From a bacterium (GTDB taxonomy: Bacteria; Sysuimicrobiota; Sysuimicrobiia; Sysuimicrobiales; Segetimicrobiaceae): a stretch of DNA of 64,000 bases. The notes under the pieces are model-generated. The model made no database searches, was not told the DNA's origin, and was given only the letters and a program-made list of their open reading frames with translations. The DNA is taken from NCBI GenBank assembly GCA_035295165.1, contig DATGJN010000093.1:95-64094 (forward strand), in the 5' to 3' direction. Shown piece after piece: positions 19,799-28,749 of the stretch; the stretch's first letter is position 1; each line of letters begins with the position of its first letter. A program made the position numbers and the translations under genes.

Positions 19799-19951
19799 AT
19801 GCGCGGGATTCTTGCGGTGCTCTGGTTATTGACGCTCGTGGTCATCACGTATCCTGCGCCCGGGGGCCCGTTGCCGACCTATCCATCGCCGCCCGGCGTG
19901 GCGCTGCCGGCCTATCCGCCCGCACCGGGTGGGCTCGCCGCGACACTGTAA
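19799..19951 (+). CDS. small hydrophobic/Pro-rich peptide (50 aa) with three tandem ~10-aa YPxPxG repeats
   Basis: ATG at 19799 preceded by a strong RBS AAAGGGGAGGAG. It has an N-terminal TM/signal segment. Three imperfect 30-33-nt DNA repeats encode TYPAPGGPLP / TYPSPPGVALP / AYPPAPGGLA. Confidence 0.4.
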   Translation: MRGILAVLWLLTLVVITYPAPGGPLPTYPSPPGVALPAYPPAPGGLAATL

Positions 19952-20090
19952 TCCGCGTTCGACCCCCCAGACACAGGCGTTACTTGCAGGCCCCACACCC
20001 GGCCTAATACAGGCCCTCGTTTACCGCCACAAGGAACTCCCCACCGCTGCGGTCGCGCGACCTTGCTCGCGCCCGGCGCGCGCGGCCCCT

Positions 20091-20879
20091 TCACGAACCG
20101 AAGGATCGAGTACGTTCCCGCGGACCGAGGCGAGTGTCGACACGGTCCGCGTCGTCGGGAAGGATCACCTCGGTTCGCGCGCCGCCGCCCCGCAACGTTG
20201 CCAACACGGTCCGGAGCGATACGACGCAAATGGGAGGGACGGGGGCTTTCAGCGTCAGGATCAGCACCCGATCATACCCGGCCGCCAGATCCGCGTTGTC
20301 GATCGAGTAGACCCCGCCGTCCATGTCGCCGCGGCCTTCGATCGTGACGAGACGCCGAAGACCGGGGACCGCGCTACTGGCCGCGAGCGCGTCGATCAGG
20401 TCGACACCGCCGGCCCGGTCGACGGTGCGCCGCTCTCCGCGTCGACGGCGATCACCAGCACGTTCTGCTCGGGCCACGTGTGCACCGGAAGGCGCGAAGC
20501 GATCTCCTTCCACCGCTCCGACTCAGGCACGGTGGTTGTCGGCGCGGTCAGCGATCCGAGCCGCTTCAGGATGTCGCTGGTACCGACGGCTCCCTCTTTC
20601 GCGCGCATGAAGGCGGCGCGCCATTGCTTGAAATCGACCGCCGGCGGCGATTCTTGTGTTTGCAGGCGGGGGTCCACCTGTCGCGGTACAATTCGTCCAG
20701 TGACAGCCCACCGCTTGTGATCTGAACCGCGACTTGAGCGCCGGCGGAGGTACCCACAAACAGGTCGGCGTTACGAACGTCGATGCCCGCGTCGGCCAGA
20801 CCCGCAATCACCCCGATCTCCCAGGCGTTCGCGGCGTGTCCTCCCGCTCCAAGGACCAACGCGCGACGTATCAGCAACC
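20091..20879 (-). pseudogene. patatin-like phospholipase gene disrupted by two frameshifts
   Basis: The N-terminal GxGxxG/GTSAG block (ORF 20566..21093 frame), a middle segment (20396..20677 frame) and a C-terminal DGG/VDLIDALAASSAVPG block (20091..20513 frame) are collinear but in three different frames. There is a strong RBS AAGGAGGAAGG followed by a TTG at 20877. The first shift lies near the C5/G5 homopolymer at about 20668-20672 and the second near 20415-20440. Confidence 0.5.
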
Positions 20880-21016
20880 TTCCTCCTTGCGCTGAATTCC
20901 GAGGAGGCCGGCCGACTCCCGGCCTAGCCGCACCCTCCCGTGACGCCCAGGTTCCATGTCTTGCAACCGTCGCTGGGACCGCGTCATTCGCGGCCCGGAA
21001 TAGCGTTTGGCCGCTC

Positions 21017-21724
21017 CTATTCTTCGATGGCACCACCAATCCGGCGCAAGTGCTCGCGAAGGGTCGCCGCCGGATTGGACGCACGCCAGGCAAGGAAATC
21101 GGCGAACTGCAGTTGCGCGCGCAGTGACGTGCCGCCGCGCATCTTCCCCGCCTGGGCGCGCTCGGTATCTCGAATCGAGCGTGCGATCATCGCAATCTCT
21201 TCCGCTCGCGCCAGCGGCAGGAACAACACACCGTTCACGTCGCCGATCGCGACATCGTCGGCGCCAACGGTCCAGGAGCCAATGCAAGCCGAGCCGAGGG
21301 CATCGGCGTCCCGCGGATCGAGCCGGAGCGGTCCGGTCGGGCACTCGCCAAGGCTGAACATCGGGAGGCCAATCTCACGGAGCTCCTGCGTATCCCGGTG
21401 CAGCCCCCAGAGGACCATCCCCGCCAGGCCGGCGAGTTTTGTCTCCAGGGCAATGAGATCTCCGACGCATGCTTCGTCTCGACGGCCGGAGTTGTCGATC
21501 ACCAGAACGTCGCCCGGCGAAGCATGTTCCAAGGCTTCAAGAAAGATATCGACGCTACCGTAGTGCCGGACGGGCCGAACTCTGCCGGCGATCCAGTCGG
21601 ATGGGCATAGCGCCCGAACTTCACATGGCGCACAGCGGACGTCCACCCCGGCTCGTACGCAGGCATCGGCCACGTGAGGCGTTGTGAGGCCCTGAAAGAG
21701 CGTGGACACACCCGTTGCGTGCAT
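21017..21724 (-). CDS. RraA-family protein (RNase E inhibitor RraA / 4-hydroxy-4-methyl-2-oxoglutarate aldolase-like)
   Basis: 235 aa with RraA-like conserved blocks (VLVIDNSGRRDEACVGDLIA, GMVLWGLHRD). Confidence 0.78.
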   Translation of the reverse strand: MHATGVSTLFQGLTTPHVADACVRAGVDVRCAPCEVRALCPSDWIAGRVRPVRHYGSVDIFLEALEHASPGDVLVIDNSGRRDEACVGDLIALETKLAGLAGMVLWGLHRDTQELREIGLPMFSLGECPTGPLRLDPRDADALGSACIGSWTVGADDVAIGDVNGVLFLPLARAEEIAMIARSIRDTERAQAGKMRGGTSLRAQLQFADFLAWRASNPAATLREHLRRIGGAIEE

Positions 21725-21825
21725 CTTTCCTCCTTAGCTCTGCCGTGAGTCCGAAGCAGAGGTCTCAGGGAACTGCAGCGCTCTTGTTATCGCCCCGTGC
21801 GCGCATCGCATCCAAGCCCGGGAAA

Positions 21826-22227
21826 CTAGTACGCGTCCAATCCGAGAACTTCCGACAGCCTGTCATCCCGGCGTCGCAGGATGGACGTGATCGTCGCAGT
21901 GATGGTGCCGGCGTCGTCGCAATCGGCGATCGCCTCCTCGATGTCGGCAAGTGCGCCCTCACCCCACAGGGTGTCTGCGTGGCGGGTAAGTTGGATGACC
22001 GGGATGAGAATATCTGCCTCGTGCGCGGCCGCAAGTCGATGGGCCCCACAGAGCGCGATCTCGTCAAAGGCGACAATCGGACTCTCCGTCCATCCATTCG
22101 ATTGCATCGCTTGGGCAAGACCGGCGAGCTTTTCACGGTCTGTTACTGGATGGGGGACAATCAGGGCCCTGGGGTTCAGCAGGTCGCACAGATCATCAAG
22201 ATCGTCAAGGATGCGGGCCCGACTCAT
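21826..22227 (-). CDS. stand-alone ParB/Srx-like nuclease-domain protein
   Basis: 133 aa. The motif PIVAFDEIALCGAHRLAAAHEADILIPVI matches the ParB N-terminal (DGHHRLAAA-type) fold. The ATG at 22227 has an AAAGGTG RBS. Local GC is about 60%. Confidence 0.5.
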   Translation of the reverse strand: MSRARILDDLDDLCDLLNPRALIVPHPVTDREKLAGLAQAMQSNGWTESPIVAFDEIALCGAHRLAAAHEADILIPVIQLTRHADTLWGEGALADIEEAIADCDDAGTITATITSILRRRDDRLSEVLGLDAY

Positions 22228-22257
22228 CGGCGCACCTTTCGCGGCGTCGTGTCCGCG

Positions 22258-22494
22258 TCAGTCAGCCATGCCTCGATGAGTCCGATGGTTCTTCGAGGGT
22301 CCCGGCGCGACGAGGACCCGGTTGAAGCTCCGAGTCAAGGTTCGACGAGAGGCTGCGACCCGACGATCTGTCCGCTCTGCTTGGCCCATCCCGTGGTGCC
22401 GCCTGGCGCAGGCCGTTGAGCAGAAGTCATCTTCTTGCTCAACCGCGAGTACGGGCTTCTCTCGCCCGCATTCCAAGCAGCGCGTGGGTGACAT
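22258..22494 (-). CDS. small zinc-ribbon protein, YacG-like (CxxC...FCSxxC)
   Basis: Start at the ATG 22494 with a GGAGGT RBS 7 nt upstream. The motif is CLECG-x15-FCSTAC, as in the DNA gyrase inhibitor YacG/DUF329 family. An 8-bp-stem hairpin sits in the 5' UTR (22530-22552). Confidence 0.4.
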   Translation of the reverse strand: MSPTRCLECGREKPVLAVEQEDDFCSTACARRHHGMGQAERTDRRVAASRRTLTRSFNRVLVAPGPSKNHRTHRGMAD

Positions 22495-22827
22495 TGCGAT
22501 ACCTCCAGAGACGTTCGTAGAGAACAACCGGGGTGACCGAAAGCGTCACCCCGTCAGTAAGGAATACTCGGAACGGGCCTCGTTTATTCCACAATCCTCT
22601 CAGGCGACTCCGCGACGCCGCTGGCCTTCTGCGGCATCAAGCGGAGCGCGGTCTATCGGTTTCGGGCAACGTCGACTCTGGATTCGCGCGCGCCGTACCA
22701 TGCAAGCCTCGCAAAGTTGGGCGCTGTGCACGCGGTTCCAGAGCGGGATAACGAGAGAAGCGATGTGCCCGATCCCGCGACGGGGCGGAACCGGGATACG
22801 CATCGCACGAGACTCCCCGTCCACAAG

Positions 22828-22857
22828 TTGACCCTCAGGGCGGGGCGTGTCTATACT
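22828..22857 (+). promoter_or_regulatory. sigma-70-type promoter TTGACC-18 bp-TATACT upstream of the DJ-1/PfpI gene
   Basis: Read directly. The -10 ends about 45 nt before the ATG at 22904. Confidence 0.4.
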
Positions 22858-22903
22858 TGAGTTGAAAACCCCGCACGTCAGAGTACCACTACGGAGGTGC
22901 CCC

Positions 22904-23446
22904 ATGGAGCTCGCCGGCAAGAAAGTCGCAGTGCTCGCCGAGGATCACTACGAGAACCTCGAACTTTGGTATCCTGTGTTCCGGCTCCGCGAGGCGGGTG
23001 CGCATGTCGCGATTGTCGGCCCGAAGGCCGGGGAGACCTACAAGAGCAAGGAAGGGTTCCCTGCCAAAGCGGACATGTCGATGGACGATGCGCGGGCGTC
23101 CGACTTCGACGCGGTCATCGTTCCAGGCGGATACGCGCCAGACCGGATGCGGCGACATCAGCCGATGCTGCGCCTCGTACGCGAGGCGTTCGAACAGGGC
23201 AAGGTGGTCGCGTCGATCTGCCATGCCGGCTGGGTGCCGATTTCGGCGGGAATCCTCAAGGGCCGGACGATGACATGCGTGAGTGCGATCAAGGACGACG
23301 TGGTGAACGCGGGAGCGCACTACGTCGACAAGGAAGTCGTCGTTGACGGCAACCTGATTTCCTCGCGGACGCCCCCGGATCTGCCGGCGTTCTGCCGCGA
23401 GATCATCAAGGCCCTCAGCGGGGCGAAGGTCGGGGCGCGGGCGTAG
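22904..23446 (+). CDS. DJ-1/PfpI family protein (class I glutamine amidotransferase-like, intracellular protease/deglycase)
   Basis: ATG at 22904 with a GGAGGTG RBS. It has the VAVLAEDHYENLEL start, the nucleophile-elbow block SICHAGWV and IVPGGYAPD. Confidence 0.85.
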   Translation: MELAGKKVAVLAEDHYENLELWYPVFRLREAGAHVAIVGPKAGETYKSKEGFPAKADMSMDDARASDFDAVIVPGGYAPDRMRRHQPMLRLVREAFEQGKVVASICHAGWVPISAGILKGRTMTCVSAIKDDVVNAGAHYVDKEVVVDGNLISSRTPPDLPAFCREIIKALSGAKVGARA

Positions 23447-23486
23447 CCCACCCGCACGCATTCGCTGCGATGGCGCGGATCGCGGG

Positions 23487-24137
23487 ATGATTCTCGAGGG
23501 CTTCCCGGTCGGGCCGGTTCAGGCGAATTGCTATCTCTTCGGGGACGACGCCGTCGGCGAACTCTTCGTGATCGATCCAGGGGACGAGCCGGAACGGATC
23601 CTGGCCGCGGTGCGCAGGCACGGCGGACGCGTCGCGGCGATCGTCAATACCCATGGCCATTTCGACCACGTGATGGCCGTCGAGGCGGTGCGCCGGGCGA
23701 CCGGCGCACCGTTCTGGATCCACGAGGCCGAGCGCCAGGTGCTGGCGGAGGGGCCCGCGCGCGCGAAGGAGATCTTCGGCGTGGACGTGCCGCCGTCCCC
23801 GGCGGTGGACCGGTGGCTCAAGGACGGGGAGCTGCTCCGTGTGGGGAGCCTCGGCCTGACCGTTCGTCACACGCCCGGGCACAGCCCCGGGGGCGTGTGT
23901 CTCCTGGGGGAGGGGTTGGCGTTCGTCGGCGATACGTTGTTCGCCGGCAGCATCGGACGGACCGATCTTCCCGGCGCGAGCACGGAGGCTCTCTTGGAGT
24001 CGATTGCGCGCGTGCTGCTGCCGCTACCCGACGACACGATCTGTTACCCTGGGCACGGTCCGGAGACGACGATCGGGGAGGAGCGGCGATCCAACCCGTT
24101 CCTCCAAGGCCTCCAGGCCGCTCGGAAGCCCAAGTAG
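23487..24137 (+). CDS. MBL-fold metallo-hydrolase (hydroxyacylglutathione hydrolase GloB-like)
   Basis: HGHFDHV metal-binding motif (THGHFDH), with HTPGHSPG and downstream D/H residues. Confidence 0.8.
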   Translation: MILEGFPVGPVQANCYLFGDDAVGELFVIDPGDEPERILAAVRRHGGRVAAIVNTHGHFDHVMAVEAVRRATGAPFWIHEAERQVLAEGPARAKEIFGVDVPPSPAVDRWLKDGELLRVGSLGLTVRHTPGHSPGGVCLLGEGLAFVGDTLFAGSIGRTDLPGASTEALLESIARVLLPLPDDTICYPGHGPETTIGEERRSNPFLQGLQAARKPK

Positions 24138-24419
24138 ATATAAGCTTCACAGGCTCCAACCGGGCCGATCCTGGAAACCGATTGGATACGTCCTGTCGGA
24201 AGACCGGCGAACGCGGGTCGCGAGAGACGTTTGGGCAGGTCGGAGAGAGCCCGGACGATTTCCAGTTTTTTTCACGCGGTGATCCTCCGTTTCAGTCAGA
24301 CTCCGTGTGCGACCGAACGGTCAGGAATTGATACCCGCAAACCTCGTGGATAGCGGCCTCTTGGTGGAGTGAAGCGAGGATCGGCGGAATGCCCCCGCCA
24401 TGAAAGAAGGCGATGCGTT

Positions 24420-25280
24420 TCACGACATAGACCAGAGTTTCCCCATCTCGTTGTCGAACTCACGAGGTTCGAAAGCGAATGTCCCAGCTCCCGGCGTTGG
24501 CGTCAGTTCGCCGAAGTAAACTTTGTCCGCGGTATCGTACAGGTCCACCCGGACGTAGTCCAGCCCTTTTGCCAAAGCCTCAGCATACTCGATCATCGCT
24601 TCAAGGTGCCGAGGAGGAGCTGGGTCTGCGTCAAGCTGCTCCATGCCCCACTTTATGTCCAATTTGGTCCAAGGGCGTCGATGCACTGTGCAGCGAATGT
24701 CCTGAAACCGCCCGGCCATGACGGAAATGATCTCGACCCGCCCATCGAAGACATGGAGCTTGTAGTCCCTAGGCACCAACCCGGTGCCATCGTTGATGTA
24801 CTCCTCGATCATGATGCGGGGGACGATGCTCTTATAGGGCCGTTCTCGAGAGCAGTGGAAGAAGTTCTCACGGAGCCACCGCTGGCAAGTCCCGACGAGC
24901 TCCCGCTGATTAAGTCGTGTCTTATCCTGCACGAGCACGATCCACCCCGAGGCGTGGGTTGGCTTCACGACAAACTTGTCCGGTAGCGCGTCGAATGGGA
25001 TGTCGGCCGGGTCCTTCGTCACCCAGTACAAGCGCGTCAACGCCTGTTCGCCGATTCGTTCTTTGACGTACTCGCGCACCGCGTACTTGTCCTGCAACCG
25101 CGCCCAAATCGGTCGGCGGTCGAACAAGATGCGATGCACCAGCTTCTCATTGTACGTCACTGGATGAAGAAGATTCGGATAGACTCCGAATATGAGCTTG
25201 TGACGCCGCATCAAAATGAGCATCGATGCGACCTGTTCTGGCAGCACAGCCTTCACCGCACGTTCCAGCGCTCTCTGCAC
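24420..25280 (-). CDS. ATP-grasp-fold amidoligase, TupA-like (teichuronopeptide-biosynthesis-type)
   Basis: 286 aa resembling the TupA-like ATP-grasp family (KPTHASGW, LHVFDGRVEIISV, YFGELTPTPGAG). The gene is about 58% GC against about 70% for the flanks. Confidence 0.65.
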   Translation of the reverse strand: MQRALERAVKAVLPEQVASMLILMRRHKLIFGVYPNLLHPVTYNEKLVHRILFDRRPIWARLQDKYAVREYVKERIGEQALTRLYWVTKDPADIPFDALPDKFVVKPTHASGWIVLVQDKTRLNQRELVGTCQRWLRENFFHCSRERPYKSIVPRIMIEEYINDGTGLVPRDYKLHVFDGRVEIISVMAGRFQDIRCTVHRRPWTKLDIKWGMEQLDADPAPPRHLEAMIEYAEALAKGLDYVRVDLYDTADKVYFGELTPTPGAGTFAFEPREFDNEMGKLWSMS

Positions 25281-25774
25281 GGTGACCTCCCGGGCTGGCG
25301 CATACGACGTTCCGAATTCGACACCACACTACCAATATGAGAGGCTTTTCGCTATCCGTGCCCAACCCTCTCGCCCCAAGACCACCCCGCCGCCGACTGA
25401 ACCCTCTGCCGCAGCATTCAGTCGCCGACGAGGCTCAACCGTTTCCACGTGCGAAACCGCCATCCACGTGATTCGCTCGATCGCTCACGAGATGCTCGAG
25501 AGCTCTCCGCCGCCTGCTACTCTACCGCCTCTCAGCCTGCCGCCATCGTCGCGGGCGTGGCGACGATGGGAAATGGAACCATGCGGGCCGGAACGGGCCA
25601 AGGAAGGGTCGAGAGCGTTAGGGAATCGATTAGCGAATTTCCAAACTCGGGAGCGCGTAGTCGGGAGCGTCAAGGAGCGTCTGGAATGCCAGGGCCGAAC
25701 ATCCTGCCTGTCCGTCGCGGCGCTCGCCCGCGAGCTGCGTTGTTCGGTCGATACCGCGCGGCGGCCCCCGTGTC

Positions 25775-26521
25775 GTGACGCAGACCGTGAACCGCCCCGC
25801 TCGCGTGGTGTTCGTTCACGGGGCAGGTGGGATGGCACGCGCCTGGGATCTGCAGCGGCTCGCCTTCCCCGACGCGGTCGCGCTCGATCTCCCTGGACAC
25901 GCGGAACCGGGCCCGGGTTGCCGGCGAGTCGAGGACTACGGCGCGTGGCTCCACACGACCGTACAGGCGCGCGGGTGGGTTCCGGCGGTCATTGCCGGCC
26001 ACTCCATGGGCGGCGCGATCGCGCTATGGTACGCGCTCACCCACCCAGACGATCTCGCGGGCATCGTATTGATCGCGACCGGCGCGCGATTGCGTGTGCA
26101 CCCGGAGATTCTGGCCGCGCTCCGCCGCGACTATCCAGCTGCGGTCGACCGCATCGTGCAGCTCTCGCTCGGGGAAGGTGCGTCCCCCCGGCTCCGCACC
26201 CGCCTTCGCGAAACGATGCTCGGCATGTCTCCGGACGTGACGCTCGGCGACTTCGAGGCGTGCGATGCGTTCGACGTGCGCGACCGCCTGGGGGCGATCC
26301 GACTGCCGGCGCTCGTCGTGGTGGGTAGCGAGGATCGGATGACGCCGCCGCGGTTCGCGGAGTACCTGTGCGACCACCTCGCGGGTGCGCGCCTCGTCGT
26401 GGTCGCCGGCGCCGGGCACAGCGTTCCGCTGGAGCGTCCTCGCGAGGTCAATCAGGCGATCCGGGAGTTCCGCGAGACGCTCGGCGCGGCACCGCACCTC
26501 CCGCCGCCCTCAACTCCGTGA
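25775..26521 (+). CDS. alpha/beta-fold hydrolase
   Basis: HGAGG oxyanion region, GHSMGG nucleophile elbow, and a C-terminal HS...D/H. Confidence 0.75.
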   Translation: MTQTVNRPARVVFVHGAGGMARAWDLQRLAFPDAVALDLPGHAEPGPGCRRVEDYGAWLHTTVQARGWVPAVIAGHSMGGAIALWYALTHPDDLAGIVLIATGARLRVHPEILAALRRDYPAAVDRIVQLSLGEGASPRLRTRLRETMLGMSPDVTLGDFEACDAFDVRDRLGAIRLPALVVVGSEDRMTPPRFAEYLCDHLAGARLVVVAGAGHSVPLERPREVNQAIREFRETLGAAPHLPPPSTP

Positions 26522-27734
26522 GGAACAGTCCGATTCCGGCGGCCGCGAGGGCGGCCGAAAGGGTCCAGAAGAGGCTCCCGTAGCTTCCCATCCAGCTTCC
26601 CAGCAGCGCGGCTCCGATGGGGGCCAACGCCCGCGCGCCGTTCGAGCCCACGGCGATCGCCCCGCTGACGCTCGCGTAGTACCGGCGACCGAACGCGTCC
26701 GCGACCGCCGACGGCCGCGCGAGGGTGGCCATGCCGTTCGCGGCGCCGAGCAGCAGGATCGCGGGAATCAGTGCGGGCAGGCGCCCCACGAACGGCAGCA
26801 TCGCCATCGCCACCGCCTGCGCGACAAACACGGATCCCGTGACCGCGCGGCGGCCGAGCCATGCCGCGACCGGGACGAAGAGCAGTCGTCCCGGGATCTG
26901 CATCGCGCCGATCCAGCCGACGGCGGCCGCGGCGTACGCCTGCGGGTATCCACGTTGAGTCAGGAACGGAATCAGGTGTACCGTGATCGTGACGGTGGCA
27001 AACGCCCCCACCGCGAACGCCGCATTGAGCGCCCAGAACACCGACGTGCGAAGAGCGGCCTGCAGCGTCACGCCCGTGCTGGGGGGCCCGACGGTGCTGC
27101 CGGTGGCGCCGTCCCCGGCGTGCGTGAGGCTCGACGGGCGGAGCACCAGCGCGTGGATCGGGATCGTCACCACGGCGAGGAAGACGCCGAGGATTTCGAC
27201 CGCGTCGCGCCACCCGACCCGCGAGAGCAGCCACGCGCCCAGAGGCATGAAGATCGTGCTGGCGAGCCCTGCGACGAGGGTCACGGTCAGGAGCGCGCGG
27301 TCTCGGTGCCGGCCGAACCACTGCACGATCGCGGCGAACGCCGGATCGTACAAGGTCATCGCCATGGCGAATCCCATTCCGCACCACACTGCGTACAACA
27401 TGCCCAGGCTGGTGGTGCGGGCCCAGGCAATGGTGAGTGCGGCCGCAAGACACGATCCCGCCGTCATGAGGCCGCGCGGCCCGGCCCGGTCCATCCACCG
27501 TCCCACCGGCACTGCCGCGAGCGCGGTGATCGCGAGCGCCAGCGAGAACGCGCCGGCAACCGAGATCGCGGACGCGTTGAACTCGTGCTCCATCGCCTGA
27601 AGGAACACCGGGAACCCGTAGTAGATGATGCCCCACGAGACGGTCTCGGTCACACACAGCGCCGCGACGATGATCCAACCGTAGTACACATGTGCCGCGT
27701 CTGGGCCGGCTGCGGGCTGCGGCGGCGAGATCAT
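26448..27734 (-). CDS. MFS transporter
   Basis: About 12 TM helices. Start at the internal ATG 27734 (MISPPQ...), because the upstream ORF part is R/P-rich. It overlaps the convergent hydrolase gene end by 74 nt. Confidence 0.75.
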   Translation of the reverse strand: MISPPQPAAGPDAAHVYYGWIIVAALCVTETVSWGIIYYGFPVFLQAMEHEFNASAISVAGAFSLALAITALAAVPVGRWMDRAGPRGLMTAGSCLAAALTIAWARTTSLGMLYAVWCGMGFAMAMTLYDPAFAAIVQWFGRHRDRALLTVTLVAGLASTIFMPLGAWLLSRVGWRDAVEILGVFLAVVTIPIHALVLRPSSLTHAGDGATGSTVGPPSTGVTLQAALRTSVFWALNAAFAVGAFATVTITVHLIPFLTQRGYPQAYAAAAVGWIGAMQIPGRLLFVPVAAWLGRRAVTGSVFVAQAVAMAMLPFVGRLPALIPAILLLGAANGMATLARPSAVADAFGRRYYASVSGAIAVGSNGARALAPIGAALLGSWMGSYGSLFWTLSAALAAAGIGLFLTELRAAGGAVPRRASRGTPGSPD

Positions 27735-27924
27735 CTGCCGGGGCGCTCCGCGCGGCCGGACGCGCAAACGCCTGCGGAATGTTCGGAGCGTCGGTGGTGT
27801 GGACGTCGAGTGCGCATCACGTCGCCGTTTCGTTCGAGAGCGCGCGATCGGCCCCTGCCCGGCCCGGGGCACCCGTGGGCCGGCGCGGGGAGGACGGGCG
27901 CGGCGATCCGGGGAATATCACGCC

Positions 27925-28734
27925 ATGTCTTCGACGACCGACGTCGACGCGTCCCGCGGGGCGTCCCCGCGCGATCTCCGGATGCGGATCCGCCGCGGCG
28001 AGTGGGACCGGCCCACGGCCGGCCTCGCCCCCGGGTTTGCGCAGGCCAACCTCGTCGCGCTGCCGCGCGAGCTTGCGTACGACTTCCTGGTGTTCTGCCA
28101 GCGGAACCCGAAACCGTGTCCGTTGATCGACGTCACCGATCCGGGCTCTCCCGAGCCGACCCTGGCGGCCCCCGGGGCCGATCTCCGGACCGACATCCCG
28201 CGCTACCGGATCTATCGGCGCGGTCGGCTCGACGCGGAGGAGACCGAGATCACCCGGTACTGGCGGGACGATCTCGTCGGGTTCCTGCTCGGGTGCTCGT
28301 TCACGTTCGAGGCGGCGATGGAGCGCGCCGGGTTGCCGGTGCGCCACATCGAGGACGGTCGGAACGTGGCCATGTACGTCACGTCCATCCAGTGCCGGCC
28401 TGCGGGCGCGCTCCGCGGACCGATGGTGGTCAGCATGCGGCCGCTGCCGCCGGCGGCGGTCCCGCGCGCGGTGCTCGTGACCGGGCGGTATCCGCGGGCG
28501 CACGGGGCGCCGGTGCACGCCGGCGACCCGGCGGCGATCGGCGTTCGAGACCTCGCGCGTCCGGAGTTCGGCGATCCGCCGCGGATCGAGCCGGGCGAAG
28601 TGCCGGTGTTCTGGGGCTGCGGCGTGACCCCGCAGGCGGTCGCCATGGCGGCGAAGGTGGAGTTGATGATCACCCACGCGCCGGGCCACATGTTTCTCAC
28701 CGACCTGCTGGACGAGGATCTGGCGACCGGGTGA
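27925..28734 (+). CDS. DUF1445/UPF0317 family putative hydro-lyase (D-glutamate cyclase-like)
   Basis: ATG at 27925. Family resemblance throughout (e.g. [20 protein letters not shown]). Confidence 0.65.
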   Translation: MSSTTDVDASRGASPRDLRMRIRRGEWDRPTAGLAPGFAQANLVALPRELAYDFLVFCQRNPKPCPLIDVTDPGSPEPTLAAPGADLRTDIPRYRIYRRGRLDAEETEITRYWRDDLVGFLLGCSFTFEAAMERAGLPVRHIEDGRNVAMYVTSIQCRPAGALRGPMVVSMRPLPPAAVPRAVLVTGRYPRAHGAPVHAGDPAAIGVRDLARPEFGDPPRIEPGEVPVFWGCGVTPQAVAMAAKVELMITHAPGHMFLTDLLDEDLATG

Positions 28735-28749
28735 ACGGACGGGCGCGTG

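Noticed and set aside
21715-22419. 234-aa plus-strand ORF overlapping the ParB-like gene region (and 22322..22831 +)
   Set aside because: The composition is Ser/Arg-rich junk. The minus-strand ORFs have recognisable ParB-fold and zinc-ribbon motifs plus RBSs, so the minus strand was preferred.
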